Shown here piece by piece: positions 13,326 to 26,300 of a stretch of DNA of 64,000 bases. Location of the stretch: positions 1 through 64,000 of the forward strand of contig MEDY01000043.1 of NCBI GenBank assembly GCA_001724265.1, written 5' to 3'. The stretch is from Rhizaria sp. SCN 62-66. Lineage: Eukaryota. How positions within the stretch are numbered: position 1 is the first letter of the stretch; every line of letters starts with the position of its first letter. The notes beneath the pieces are model-generated. The model worked only from the letters and a program-made list of their open reading frames with translations, made no database searches and was not told the DNA's origin. The position numbers and the translations under genes were made by a program.

Positions 13326-15927
13326 ATGGTCACTCCTCCTTCGTCTACCGCGGTCGGTTCCGCGCCCTCCAAGGGGTCTTCGCGCTCCCCTCTGAGTCTT
13401 GTTCTGTCGCTGCCCAAGGGCATTGCAATTGCGTTTGCCATGGCGGCCATGTTGGTGCACTCGGCGTTCGTCACGGTGCTGCCGCTGGCAGCCGCGCTGT
13501 TCGAGAGCCTCACCGGCTCCGGTGACAGCGCCTCGCCCAGCGACGACGCCAACGCGTTCGTCACCGACTTTGTCAACTCCCAGGCCTCGGCCACCAAGTA
13601 CGTGCATTATTTCGTGTGTGCGTGTGTTTGTCTCACACTCTCGCTTTGCATCGCATCGACATCTCTCACATGATAACCCACAGACCATAGACCCCAACTT
13701 TCTCATCTCTTCTAACCTGTTGTTCTTCTCCTCGCACCCCGCGAACAGCTCTGACCCGCGCGCGTCGCGGCGCTTTGCGTGGCGGCTGCCGCATGGCGCG
13801 GGCCGCATGTCGAACCTGACGCTGACGGAGCAGTTCCTCGCGCCGCCCGGCGACATCCCCGCCGCCGCCGTCCCCATCACCGACGTCCGCACGCAGCGCA
13901 GCGCGCCCGCGGCCACAGAGGGCGTCGCCGCGGCGGCCGGGACTGGCGCGGCGTCAGCCGTGGCCTCGTACCAGGTCCAGGTTGAGGTGCGCGCTGTGGG
14001 ACTCAACTTCGCTGACGTTTTCGCCGTCCAGGGGTACGTGATCGTTCCATTATATTTATATATTCAGGATGCAGCACTCGTGCACTTGTGCTGTGCTGTG
14101 GGTTCTCTGTGTCTGCCCTCGAGATTGTTCCTGCCTTGTTGTCGTTTGTCTCTTGATAGAGACTATATTTGTCTTGCAACTTTTCAATCTCCCTCATCGC
14201 TATTGTTTTCCTATTGCACTGTTTCGCATCGACATTTGTTGCTTAGTCTGTACTCGGCGACCCCGCGCGGCGCCTTTGTGCCGGGGCTCGAGTTTGCGGG
14301 CGTTGTCTCCGCCGTCCCTGCGGCGCGCGCGGCCGAGTGCCCGTTCCGCGTGGGCGACCGCGTGATGGGCGTGACGCGTTTCAGCGCGCTGGCAACGCTC
14401 GTTAACGCCGACGTGCGCTGCATCTTCCCCGTCCCGGCCACGTGGACCTTCGCCGAGGCCGCGGCGTTCCTCGTGCAGGGGCTCACTGCGGCCTACGCGC
14501 TGCACTCGCAGGCGCGCGTCAAGCGCGGTGAGGTCGTGCTCGTGCACTCGGCCGCGGGCGGCGTCGGGCTTGCCGCGCTGCGCCTGTGCCAGCGCGTCGG
14601 CGCGCACCCCATCGCCACCGTCGGCTCGCCCGACAAGGCTGCATTCCTGTTGCGCCGCGACCCGGCGCTGCACGTCAACCAGGTCATCGACCGCTCGCAG
14701 TGCGGCCGCCTCCCGCGCGCGCGCCTCGCCGCCGCCGCCGCCGCGCTGCGCAGGCGCCTGCCCGACTCGGCCGCCGCGGGCGCGGTTGCCGCGGCGCTGA
14801 CGCTGGCCTCGGCCGTTGTCTCGCCCGTGCTCGACGCCGCGGCGCGCGTGCTGGCCCCCCGCGCGCGCGAGAGCGAGGACTTTGCGCTGCTGCTGGACCG
14901 TGCGTGCGCGGCGATCGAGGCCAAGCAGCGCGGCGCGTCGACGGCTGAGTTCGCGTCGGTGCTCGTGTCGAACGAGACAAGCGCGTTCGACGTCGTCGCC
15001 GCGCTGCTGCCGGGCACAGACACCGCGCGCGCCGTGCGCCCTGACGTCGGCGTCGACGCAGTGCGCACCCTCTCGCCCACCGGCGCCGCCACTGGCGCGA
15101 CGAACGCGACCAGTATCTCGAACGCCACGGTCAGTGTCACTGCGTCGGCTGCCGCCGGTGCCGGCGCGACGACTGCGATCGGCAGTGGGTCCGATGTGGT
15201 GCTGGCGGCCGTGGCCGCACACGGGACGCGCGTACGCGGCGTGGACGTGGTGCTGGACTCGCTGCTCGGCGCGACCTTCCCGGCGACGCTGCGCAAGCTC
15301 GCGCCCGAGGGCCGCGTCGTCGTCTTCGGCGCCGGCTGCTACGCCACGCCGGGCGACGGCCCTAACTACGTGCACTTGGCGCGCGAGTACCTGCTGCGGC
15401 CGACCGTGGACCCCATGGATCTGATTCCGCGCAACGTCTCGCTCTCGGGCTTCAACCTCATCTGGTTGTGGGAGAAGCTCGACGAGCTCCCGGGGCTTTT
15501 CGCGCTGCTCGTCGACTCGCTCGTCAACGCCGCCGAGCCCACGCCCTCAGCCGCGGCCGCCGCGGAGACATCGATGGCCGCCGCGGCCGCGGCGGCCGCG
15601 GGCGTGCCTACCGCGGGTGACGGCGTGCGTGCGGCGCTGGGCGCGATTGCGGGCGCCGTCGCGGCCGCGGCGTCGGCGGGCGTGCCGCTGGCCGTGGCCA
15701 ACCCGGCCGTGCACCGGCAGCTGCGCGCACTGCCGCCGCGCGCGCTCGCCACGGCCGTTGCCGCCGCCAAGGTCCCCGGGCCGCACGTCGGCAAGACGTT
15801 CCCGTTTGCGCAGCTGCCAGCGGCGCTGGCGTTCCTGCAGTCGGGCCGCTCCGTGGGTAAGGTCGTCGTCACGCTCGGCGAAAACGACGCAAAGAAGCTC
15901 GCGCCCATCGCGCTCCGTGCCGAGTAA
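13326..15927 (+). CDS. VAT1-like / quinone oxidoreductase (medium-chain dehydrogenase/reductase) with Ala-rich insertions
   Basis: Exons 13326-13597, 13749-14033 and 14247-15927 (GTACGT..AG introns), ending TAA. Motifs: VRAVGLNFADVFAVQGLY, PGLEFAGVV, VGDRVMG, VLVHSAAGGVG, SGRSVGKVVV. The start codon is tentative. Confidence 0.88.
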
Positions 15928-16691
15928 AGCTGCTGTGCGGCGCGGGTGGGCTGTGCGCGCGAGTTGAATGCACGAGGAGCCCGTGTTTGGGGAACGCGAG
16001 TGCGTTGACCTTGTTTGTCTTTTATATTCTGTGTCGTGCGTTAACTTCCCGGTGTCTCACAGTGAAGGATTGCAGGTCCAGGCATTCTCTTCGTGTACTT
16101 GGACATCAAAACATGTTGCTTCAAGTGCCTTTGTTATTTTTCAAGCTGTATTTTCTTAGTTATTTGTTTGATTGCTTGTTTTCTGTGTAAGATTGTTCAA
16201 AATTCAATACATTCTGCTTCATACATGCCAACTCAGACGTTGCGAGTGACGGTGAAGGATCCGGTCCGCGCGCACAGGCGACGGCACGGTTGATGCAACG
16301 CATCCAGTAACTTCGGAGCGACAGTTCTCCAGCTAAACCTCGCCAAAACTAGGCAAGCTTTCAATATGATATAATATGCGACATGTGTGATAATATATCA
16401 ATTTTATATATTTATGAGACTTCACTGCATACGAACCGAGACGCCGACCGAGGAGGACATTGTTTCTTCTCCTCTATGCCGATGAGAGCGATGAGAAACG
16501 GCGGCTACCGACTGCTAAGTATACTACCAAAGAAGAAGGGACATATTTTCACGAACACCAGCAACAATCAAACCTAACAAACACTATTTTGCGTAAACCT
16601 CTCTCTTTATAGAACCTCTTCTCTGCAAGGGACAATCTCGCCGGCAACCACTCCACAACCAGCCCACCGCAGCTGGAACTGCAGAGCCCAA

Positions 16692-19094
16692 ATGCATACC
16701 GCGCGGTGCTGGCCGTCACTCTTGCCGTGCATGGTTACACTTGCGTTTGCGTGCTTGTTGCTGCTCGCGGTGCTCTCCCCCGTCTGCGGCGCCGTGGTGA
16801 ACGCCGTAACGGGTCCGCGCGTGAGCGAGTCCTTGCGCGTGGCGCCCTCGCCGCTGAGCCTGGAGGACGACATGGCGCACCTGGCCTGGGTCTCGCTCAT
16901 CGGCGTCGTGCTCATGGCCTTTGTGCTGCTTTTTGCGTACATGCTGCGCAAGACTAAGGCGCGCTGGCTGCCCGACTCTTCCGTCGCGATCATCGCCGGC
17001 ACTGTCATCGGGCTCGTCGTGTACCTCTTTGACCCGGCGCTGGTGACGCCCTCGGACGGCTCGCCCTCGGTCTTCGCCTTCTCGCCGCGCATGTTCTTCT
17101 TCGTCTTCCTCCCGCCCATCATCCTCGACGCTGGCTACTCGCTGAACAAACGTTACTTCTTCTCCAACATCAGCACCGTGCTGCTGTACGCGGGGCCCGG
17201 CGTGGTAATCTCGACCTGCGTCGTGGGACTCGCCGCGCTCGCCGCCTCGCACGTCGGCGTCTTCGGCGGGACCCCGTTCGGGCTGCTTGAGTCGCTTATG
17301 TTTGGCTCGCTGCTCTCGGTCACCGACTCCGTGGCCACCATCTCCATCCTGGGCTCGCCCGACCTGGACTTCGACTCGTCGCTCTACTCGGTCGTCTTCG
17401 GCGAGTCCGTCTTCAACGACGCCGTCGGCATCCTCGTCTTCGACACGCTCGCCAAGTACTCGCGCGCCAACGCGCTTGCGTTTGACTTCCCCTCGCTGTC
17501 GGTGTCGCTGCTTGTCGTCTTCGCGGGCTCCATCCTGCTGGGCATCGCCGTCGGCTTCCTGGCGTCGTTCGTGTTCAAGAACCTCGACCTGCACGACTAC
17601 CCACACTTCGAGTTCCTGCTTATCTGCCTCTTTGCCTACACGGCCTACACGCTCGCGCTCGTGATGCAGCTCTCTGGCGTTATGTCGCTTTTCGTGTGCG
17701 GCGTCGTGCTCGGACACTACAATTGGCACAACATCTCCACGCCGTCCAAGACCTCCACTAAGTTCGGTTTCAAAGCCTTCTCCGTGGCCTGCGAGATGGC
17801 CGTGTTTGTGTACCTGGGCATCACGTTTACTTTTTCGCTGACGCCGCACTTCCACTTCCGCTGGTCGCTGCCGGGCTGCATCGTGGCCTTCATCCTCGTG
17901 TGGCTGGGCCGCGCCTCGTTCGTCTTCCCTATGTCCTGGCTCGCAAACACCTTCGTGCGCGCGCAGCCGTTGACGTGGCCCATGCAGGTCATCATCTTCG
18001 TGTCGGGGCTGCGCGGCGCCGTGTCGTTCGCGCTTGCGCTCAATATCCATGGCGAGCACTTCGACGTCATGATCACCACCACGCTCGCCATCGTCATCAT
18101 CACGTCCCTCGTTTGCGGTTCCTTCACCGACCGCATCATCCGCCACTACAGCGCGCAGATTAAGGCCGCGCGTGCCGCCGCCGCCGCCATTGCCGCGGGC
18201 GCCGACGCGGGCTTGGGTGCGACCGCGATCGCGATGAGCGCCGTCTCGGGAGCATCGTCGGGAGCCACCTCGCAGCAGCAGCAGCAGCAGCTCAAGGGTA
18301 TCTCGCGCGGCGGCGCGCGCGGCCCGGGCCTGGCGCTGGGGCTTGACCTGACTGACGCGCCGGGCAAGGGCGACGGCGTCCGCCGCAGTGAGAGCTGCCG
18401 TAGCGCTCCTGGCTCCGGCTCTGGCTCTGGCGCTGGCTCCAGCTCCGGCTCTGGCTCTGGGTTGCGCAAGCCGTTGGCGCCGCGCCGTACGAACAACGGC
18501 CAGGCTCATCTGCAGAGCGGCACGATGCGCAACGCGGTCCACGGCAACGGGCGCAGCAGCGGCGACGACTACGACTGCTACGACGACGATGACGACGACA
18601 GAGTTGCAGGAGATGACGACGATGTTGACCTCGACATCGATGTCGAGCTGGACCTTGAGTCCCCGCCACCGCGCCGCGTTTCACAGCGCGGGGGCTTGCG
18701 GCGCGGTGGGGGCAAGCGCGGCGTCGCGGGGGCTGGTGCGTCCGGTCCCGCGGCGCCGGCTGGTATCGCGACGGCGGTCGTGCGCGTCGCGCACGACGCC
18801 GACGCCGACGCCGACGCCGACGACGGCGAGGGCGACGCGGCGGCCGAGTCGGCGCGCGTGGCGCACCTGGCGCGCATCCTGCACGGCGACGCACCCGCGG
18901 GCGACGCGGCCGGCGGCGATCACGACGGCGAGGTTGACAGCATCGGCGCCGGCGACGGCGACAGCAACGGCGAGGGCGAGGGCGACGACGGCGCGGCCGA
19001 GGGCGGCCTGCAGTGGAAAAACTTCGCCTCGTGGGGAGCATTCGAGCGCGCTGTGCTGCAGGAGTATTTCGGCGGCCCTGCATCTGCCGATTGA
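16692..19094 (+). CDS. Na+/H+ exchanger, CPA1 family (NHE8/NHX-like), with an acidic low-complexity C-tail
   Basis: Motifs FFFVFLPPIILDAGYSL, TDSVA, VFGESVFNDAVGI, SGLRGAVSFALAL; multiple TM segments; ends TGA. Confidence 0.93.
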   Translation: MHTARCWPSLLPCMVTLAFACLLLLAVLSPVCGAVVNAVTGPRVSESLRVAPSPLSLEDDMAHLAWVSLIGVVLMAFVLLFAYMLRKTKARWLPDSSVAIIAGTVIGLVVYLFDPALVTPSDGSPSVFAFSPRMFFFVFLPPIILDAGYSLNKRYFFSNISTVLLYAGPGVVISTCVVGLAALAASHVGVFGGTPFGLLESLMFGSLLSVTDSVATISILGSPDLDFDSSLYSVVFGESVFNDAVGILVFDTLAKYSRANALAFDFPSLSVSLLVVFAGSILLGIAVGFLASFVFKNLDLHDYPHFEFLLICLFAYTAYTLALVMQLSGVMSLFVCGVVLGHYNWHNISTPSKTSTKFGFKAFSVACEMAVFVYLGITFTFSLTPHFHFRWSLPGCIVAFILVWLGRASFVFPMSWLANTFVRAQPLTWPMQVIIFVSGLRGAVSFALALNIHGEHFDVMITTTLAIVIITSLVCGSFTDRIIRHYSAQIKAARAAAAAIAAGADAGLGATAIAMSAVSGASSGATSQQQQQQLKGISRGGARGPGLALGLDLTDAPGKGDGVRRSESCRSAPGSGSGSGAGSSSGSGSGLRKPLAPRRTNNGQAHLQSGTMRNAVHGNGRSSGDDYDCYDDDDDDRVAGDDDDVDLDIDVELDLESPPPRRVSQRGGLRRGGGKRGVAGAGASGPAAPAGIATAVVRVAHDADADADADDGEGDAAAESARVAHLARILHGDAPAGDAAGGDHDGEVDSIGAGDGDSNGEGEGDDGAAEGGLQWKNFASWGAFERAVLQEYFGGPASAD

Positions 19095-19813
19095 GCTGAG
19101 ATGAGCCACAACGACTCGCTTTGTGGCACTCGTACTACGGTGCTTTATCTGTGTCAACAAAGAAGGAGCTTGAGCATTACAGTTTGCATCCAAGCCACTC
19201 TAATCTGACGTCGGGGGAGATCCCCGCTTGTTTGCTTACTTATTGTCTGTGTCGTTAACTCGTGTGAACCTATTTGCCTGGAACTACATTTCTTCTGCAA
19301 TTTGTACTGCTTTTGCGCGTTGTGACCCTTGCTCTGGGCTGCGGCGGGCCAAGACTCTATCATTTACCTATACATGTACAGAAGTACATGAAAAATACAC
19401 GTAGTTTGATTTTTATAGTTCTTCTCATGGCTGTTTAAAATATTCTATTATTTGAAACATCTTTGTTGGGCGAGGAGCGATTGATTTAAGCATTGATATT
19501 TGATCATGCGTGATGAACCACAAGATTCTTTTTTAGTTCAGATCCCCCTCCATCTCGTCATTTTTTGTTTGGCAAGGCATATTTCACTGAGTCCTCACTA
19601 AAGAGGCATGGGACAATATTGAACACGTTAAAATACTAGACGCACATATTCGACATTTGACGCACTATTCGATACCGTAATTACGGCGCGTTTATGCGCC
19701 GGATTAATCCAAGACCCTTGCCGCGATTGTCTCCTTGTCGGCAAACGCTGTCTCACACTGCCCGACGATGTTCCCCCGTGTTACTGCCCCAAGCCAAGAC
19801 AAGCACTTAGAAA

Positions 19814-20695
19814 ATGCTAGACCCCACCTATGACTATTCTATTTCTTCGGCTGTGGAGCCCCCTGTGGCCAAGACGGAGCCAGATCCGCCTCACATCATC
19901 GAACCACTTGAACAGGTCCGCTAACTTATCCCCCATCCTTGCGCGATAAACACATAGCATCGCAATAATTCACATTTCTAACTCCAAGAAACTATGATTT
20001 GCATTATCAATTCTATGTGTACATTAATTTAGACTCCTGGCAAGCGCATCACGGTGGTCTTCCTGCACGGCCTGGGCGGCTCTGCCAAGGACTGCATCCC
20101 GTTCGCCAAAGCATGGCACGAGAAGATGCCTGGGCTGCGCTTCGTGCTGCCCAACGCGCCGCACATGCCCGTGACGATGAACTTTGGCATGGTGATTCCG
20201 GCGTGGCACGACGTCTTTGTGTTGGGCACGCGCGAGCTGCCGACGCAGGGCTGGCCCGGCTTGCGTCACTCGGTGCGCCGTGTGCGCAGCATCGTGTTCG
20301 ACGAGCTCGACACGGGCGCGGACGCCGTCGTGCTGGGCGGCTTCTCGCAGGGCGCGGTTACGGCGCTGGCGACAGCGTTCCATTCCGAGGCCAAACTGGC
20401 CGCCGTGCTCGCTCTCTCCGGCTTCTACCCCAACCCCGACAAGGAGAACGCAAAGGCTGAGCTCCGGCTCTCGGCGAACCGCGAGACGCCGGTCTTCGTC
20501 GGCCACGGCACGGCGGACCCCATCGTGCTGGATGAGGCCGCGGACTGCACACACGCGGCGCTGAGCGAGGCTGGCGTGCCAGTCACTTTCCGCAAGTACG
20601 CGGGCATGCAGCACACGGTCAGTGTGGCTGAGATCGAAGACGTTTCCACCTTCCTCCAGCGTTACGTCTGTAGCAGCGGCGACAATAAGAACTAA
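19814..20695 (+). CDS. Phospholipase/carboxylesterase (acyl-protein thioesterase APT1/LYPLA-like); possible upstream start at 19694 through a TAG
   Basis: Exon 19814-19915, intron 19916-20032, exon 20033-20695 ending TAA. Motifs VFLHGLG, GGFSQG (nucleophile Ser), HGTADPIV (Asp), MQHTV (His). Confidence 0.9.
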
Positions 20696-21246
20696 GCTTA
20701 GGTAGTACATGTGAGTTTACATACCTTGTGTTGTGTTAAAGAACTATAGTGTGATATGTTAGTCTGTTAGCTGTGTTTCTGAGCTTTCTGTAAGCAGCTG
20801 TTACGCGCTGATACAACCCGCGTTATCAGATGCAAAACAACGCAACTGACTTGAAGTTGAGTTTTTATAACAATTTACAAGTACAATAAATAACATACTG
20901 TGAAGTCAGCTCAAGCAATGCTTGGACTCATCTGGTTGCACTGCTAAAAGATCTTGACAGGCAAGACCTAGCGAAGAAACCAACAATTGCTTGTGGCGAG
21001 GGAATCGAAAGTTGGTGCTTCAATAGAGGCGGTCTCAACAGATGTGTTCATCGTTAATGCCGATGATGATTGAATTTATAGATTTCATACGTACGCTTAA
21101 TTTTTTGTAATTCTTGTTTTGTCATGAAATAGTATTTACACCACACAGTCTTTGAATTTAGCTTGCCCAGTCCAGACACATCCAACTGTTGTTTCGGTCC
21201 AACTTTCCCGGCATCTCTACCGCGTCGCGGCTCGCTCTTTTGCCGG

Positions 21247-23325
21247 ATGAGCTCGTCTCAGCGGAACACGTCTGCGGTTGCCCGGCGTAATCAGCGCTTT
21301 GCAGCACATGCTGAGCTTGCGGCCGTTCCTGAGCCTGCGTCGGCGGCGACGGACGCGCAGACTCCTTTCTTCAATACAGGTCCTATCGTGGGCACGTGCA
21401 CCGTGATGTGCGATCCTCGCGAGGCGAAAGACCGTGAGGAGTCGCGCGACCTCTCTGTGTTTGAGCGCATTCCCGGTACGGGCTCGTCTGAGCACGGTAA
21501 CACACCCCTCGTGGACTACGATCTGGCCGTGAAGAAGTTCAAACGCCCCGCGGCAGGCAAGAGTATTGACCCGTCGACAGTGCGCACGCCCGAGACGCTG
21601 ACACGCGTCGTAAACTACCTCGTTTTTTCCGTGCTGGACCGCACCGAGGTTGACTTCCGCGAGGTTTTCCTGTTTCTCTCTGACCGCTTCCGCGCTGTGC
21701 GCGGCGACTTTTCGTGCCAGGGCATCAAGACCGTTGCGCACGTGTCGGCGCTGGAGACGATCGTGCGCTTCCACCTCTACTCGATGCACGCGCTGCTGGA
21801 CGTGCCCGACGTTGCGGCGACGCAGAACATTACCGAAGGCACCAAGGCGCTGACCTCACTACTGGAGCTTTACGACGACGGCGTCCCGTCACCGCACGAG
21901 GATGAGTTCCGCGCCTACAACCTGCTTTTTTCCGTGCAAAAGAAGCGCGGCCACGAGCAGCACACCATGGCGCCCATCGCCGTGCTCGCCAAGCTCTCCG
22001 CGCGCTCGCTCGAGTCCCCGCTGGTGGAGTCGGCGCTGGGAGCGCTGACCGCGATCCACGCCAACGACTGGGCACGGTTCTTCAAGTCCGAGCTGCCTTG
22101 CCTGCCCTTTCTGCAGGCCTGCGCCGTGCTGCCGTCGCTGCCCGTGCTGCGCAAGTGCGCCGTCGCGTCCATCGCCTTCGCCGTGCGCAGCGACTACTCG
22201 CTGCCGCAGCTCGCCACCACGCTGCTGCTCTCGGTGCCCGACGCGGCCGCGCTGTGTCAGAGCCTCGGCCACGGCGTCCGCTTTGCACCCTCGAACCTGC
22301 CACCCGACGCCGACGTCGACGCCGCGCGCGACGCCTGCGCCGGCGACTGCTCCGCCTGGTACTTTATACGCACCAAAACGGACGACGACTGGGGCGTCGC
22401 CGCGCCGCCGCCGCGCCGTCTGTTCGCGCTCGACGCGCTCTGCATCGGCCTCTCGCGCGCCGACATCGTTGCGCCCGGCGGCGCGGCCGACATGTAGCGG
22501 CCCGATGCGCATGCTCCTCTGTTTCCGCCGTCGCAGCGCGCTCTGCCGCCGCCACCCCACCAGCAGCAGCCGCTGCACGCCCATGCTCCCATGGCTGCGG
22601 CCCGTCCCGCACCTGCTGCGGCAGCGACGGCCGCACCCGAAGCGGCGGCGTTGGCCCTCTCTGCACCTGCGCCCGTGCCTGCAGCGCAGGTGCGCGCGTC
22701 CGCCCCAAGCGCCGCTGCTGTGGACGCCGGCGCAGCCGCGCTGAGCGGACTGGGCAGCGGCACCTTTGTGCCCGTGGCCGCCGCGGCGCCCGCCGACGCC
22801 GACGCCGCCCTGGGGGCGCGCCGCATCATGAAGGTCCGCGGCGCCGCCGGTGCGCCGCCCACCGCGCCTGCCGCGACAATATACCCATCCCCCGCTGCTG
22901 CGGCCGCTGCGGCGTTGGCGCTCACGGCGGGCGTCCCCGTTGCGTCCGCGAAGCCGGCGCCTGCCGCTGCGTCGGCCTCCGCGAGCTCAGGAGCCCGCGC
23001 GGCTGTCGCCGCTCAGCCTGCGACCGAGGCCGAGCATGCGGCCGCGATCGCCGATGCCGAGGCGGTTCAGCGCAAGGCCGCGCTGCTCAAACAGCAGCTG
23101 CGCGAGCGTCTGGCCGCGCAGATCCAGAGCCAGAGTCAGCACCAAGGCCAAAACCAAAGCCAAAGCCAGGCCGTCTCTTCAGCGGCCACTGCGTCCGCCG
23201 CAGCCCCGGCGGGCTTTGCGGCGGACTTTGCGCTATCAGCTACAGCGGAGACGCTGGCAGGCCGCCGTGTCATCATCACGACGTCGCGCGCCGCCAACGC
23301 CGCTGCCGCTGCCGCTGCCGCTGCC

Positions 23326-23370
<45 letters not shown>

Positions 23371-26300
23371 GCGGTTGCTGATCCCCCAGCCACTCCTGGC
23401 GCCCCCGCGACTTCACAGGCGCGCCCGGGCCCCGCTGCGGCACTCAACCTGGCCGCAACCGCGCCTTTCCACTCCGCAACCACTGCTGCAGCTGCGGCAC
23501 GCGCGGCGACGCCGCTCGCGGACGTGCTGGCCGAGCTGTCGAGTCCGCAGGCCAGAGGCGCCGCGAGTCTGGCCGGTTTGCCGCTCGTCCCCGCGCCCGT
23601 GGCGCGCTCCTCCACGGCGTCCGCGGCAGGACCTGCGACGGGGACTGCCCCAGGGAACGCGGTCGCGTCCACGGCTGCGGCTGCTGTGTCCGCCCCCGCG
23701 AGCGCGGCGTCTGCGGCGTCCGCGGCGCTCGCTGCCGCGCTGAACGCGCTGCTGGCTGCGCGCGGCGCCGAGAAGGCGCGGCAGCGCGCGGAGCGACTGG
23801 CATTGCTGCACGAGGAAGAGGCGCGCCGCGCGGAGGAGCTGCGCATGGAACAGGAGGAGCTCCGCGCGCGGCAGATGGCCGAGCGCCAGCGCCGCATCGT
23901 CGCCGCGTGCACACGTCTGGGCGAGGGACTGGAGCGCGCCGCGGCGCAGGTCGCCGTGCGCCGCACGCGCGCGCTGGCCGCCGACGGGCTGCGGCGCGTG
24001 CGCACCGTGTTCCGCCGCATCGCGCGTAGGGAGCAGCTCGCGTGGCAGTTCCGCGCAGGCCGGCTGCTCGCGCGCTGGGCCGAGGCCAACGCCGCCAGCG
24101 TGCTGCTGCGCCGCCGCGCGGCCGGCGCCGCTCACGCCGTGCTCGCCTCGATGCACTCGCGCGAAAACGTCGCTGCCGAGGCCGCAGTCGCGCACTCGAC
24201 CGCGGTCGAGGAGGCCGATGTGGCGCAATCGGTATGGGAGCTCGCAGTCCGTGTTGCCCCACGCCCGCTCGTACTGTGCTGCCTGCCGCCTACGGGGGCG
24301 CAGGTGGAGATGGGCGCGCTCGTCGACTGGACGGCCGCGCGCGCGGTTTGGGCCGTGGCGTCGCGCAATGGCGCCGCACCCGGCGCTGTGACGCGCCCAC
24401 TGCCGCTGCCGTGGCTGCTCCGCGCCGCGCTGGGTGCCGAGTCGCGCTATCACGAGCGCGTGCTGGACTCGTACTTCGGTCCGCACGCGCCACCCGCGAA
24501 CTTGCCCGCGCGACAGCAGCTCGAGGCCGTGGCTCGCGACGCCGTGCTCTGCGCGCGCGCGCGCGGCCGCACGCTGCGCGTCACGCTGGCCGTCTCGCGC
24601 GCGCTGCTGCTGCCGCGCGAGGGCGCGCGGCTTGACGGTGCGCCGAGTCACGACGGCACTGGCTGGGAGGCCGACTACGACGGCGTATCAACGCTTGCGC
24701 TTGCGGATGCGATGCATCCCACACAGGGCGCGGCCGCAGCGGCCCTCGCTGCGCGCGCGGTGGCCGCGCGGCTCGGACTGACCTTGGTCCCCGCGACCGT
24801 GCCTGCGCTCTGGGGGCCCGACTGCGTGCAGCTGTTGGCCGATGCGCGCGACGGGGACAACAACGCCGACTACTTTGATGATGTTGACGTTGATGGCGCG
24901 GATGAGAGCGATCTTGATGGAGCATTGGGCGAGGGCGATGGTTACGCCGATGATGGCGAATACAACGACGCCGAAGACGACAGCGCAAATGAAAACGTCT
25001 ACGACCGCGACTGGGACGCCCGCGCCAACGACGGCGACGACTACGGCGGGGCTGCTGATGGGCAGTCGATGATCGACGTTGACAGCGACATGAACGGCGC
25101 AGATGGCCACGACGACGGATTCGGTGACGAGGCGGAGGCTGAGTCTGAGCACATCGTCGTGCCTGCATGGAGCATGTACTCCGAGAATGGCGCCGAGCAA
25201 GACGACCTGGACGACGATCACGACGACGCACAGCCGGGCTCGATGCTTTGGGACGGCGTGCGCAGCGACGACGCGCACGAGCTCGGCGCCCCTGCCGCTG
25301 TCCCTACTCCGACACTCGCCGTCGCAACCGCCGCCGGCGCCGCCGAGGCGTTCCCAGTGTTCGCTGCGGACCCTGCAGCGCCGGTGCCGCGGCTCGAGGG
25401 CGCGCAGACGTCGATCCTGCCCGTGGCCTCGGCCAGCGGCGCGGCGTTGTCAGTGCCCATCGCGGTCCACACCACCGTCGCTGACGGGCCCGAGGCCGGC
25501 TCGCCGGAGCAGCCCGAGAGCGTGTTCCCGACCGGCGCGGAGGAGCCCGCGGACATCTGCGTGGCGGTGCTGTCGCAGGTGTTCTCGGACCAGGTCCTCG
25601 AGCTGGCTTCGCGCGCGGCGCCGCGCGAGCTGCTGCTGTGGAGCGAGTCGCTGCGCGCTCGTTTGGCGCCCGACGCGGCGCGGCTGCGCGCGGTCGAGGC
25701 CTCCGTGGCCGACGCCGCGGCCGCGGAGGCCGACTTGGCCGTGCAGCTGCAGCGGCGCGCCTCGGCGCTGCCGCAGGGCGCGCTGGCGCTGCGCGATGTG
25801 AGCGGGCTGCCCGCCGTGCGGCCCGCGCCCGCGCTGGGCGGCGTACTGACCGCGCGCCCGCCCGCCAACGCGCCGCTCGTGGTGCTGTGCCCCGTCACGG
25901 CGGCGTTCGCGGCGCAGCTCGCCGCGCTGCCCGAGGCGGCGCCCGCGGATGCGCCCTCGCGCGCGCGCGCGCTGTCGCGCCTCGCGAGCGTGGTGGGCCT
26001 GGCGCTGGGCGTGGGCTCCGCCGCGGTGTCGTCCCACGCCTCGCCCTGGGCGCAGGTGCGCGTGGTTCCGCTGCTGGCGGCCGCTGACGCCGCGGGCTCA
26101 CCCTTCGCCTCCGAGTCGGTCGTCGCGGCCGCGCTCGAGTGGGCCGCCGCGTTCGTGCCCGCGCGCCCGCTGCTGCGCCTGCTTGCCTCCGCGGCGCTGC
26201 TCGACCGCGCCGTGCTGGCCTACGACAACCTCGTCACCGAGGCCGACGCCGACGCCGCTGCCGGCGCTGCAGCGGCCGCCGCGTCTGCCGCGCGCTTCGC

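Noticed and set aside
14034-14246. Hydrophobic Cys/Leu-rich insert in the 842-aa ORF
   Set aside because: A 213-nt stop-free intron; removing it restores the conserved QGLY motif.
16716-18542. 608-aa minus-strand ORF
   Set aside because: Antisense shadow of the Na+/H+ exchanger.
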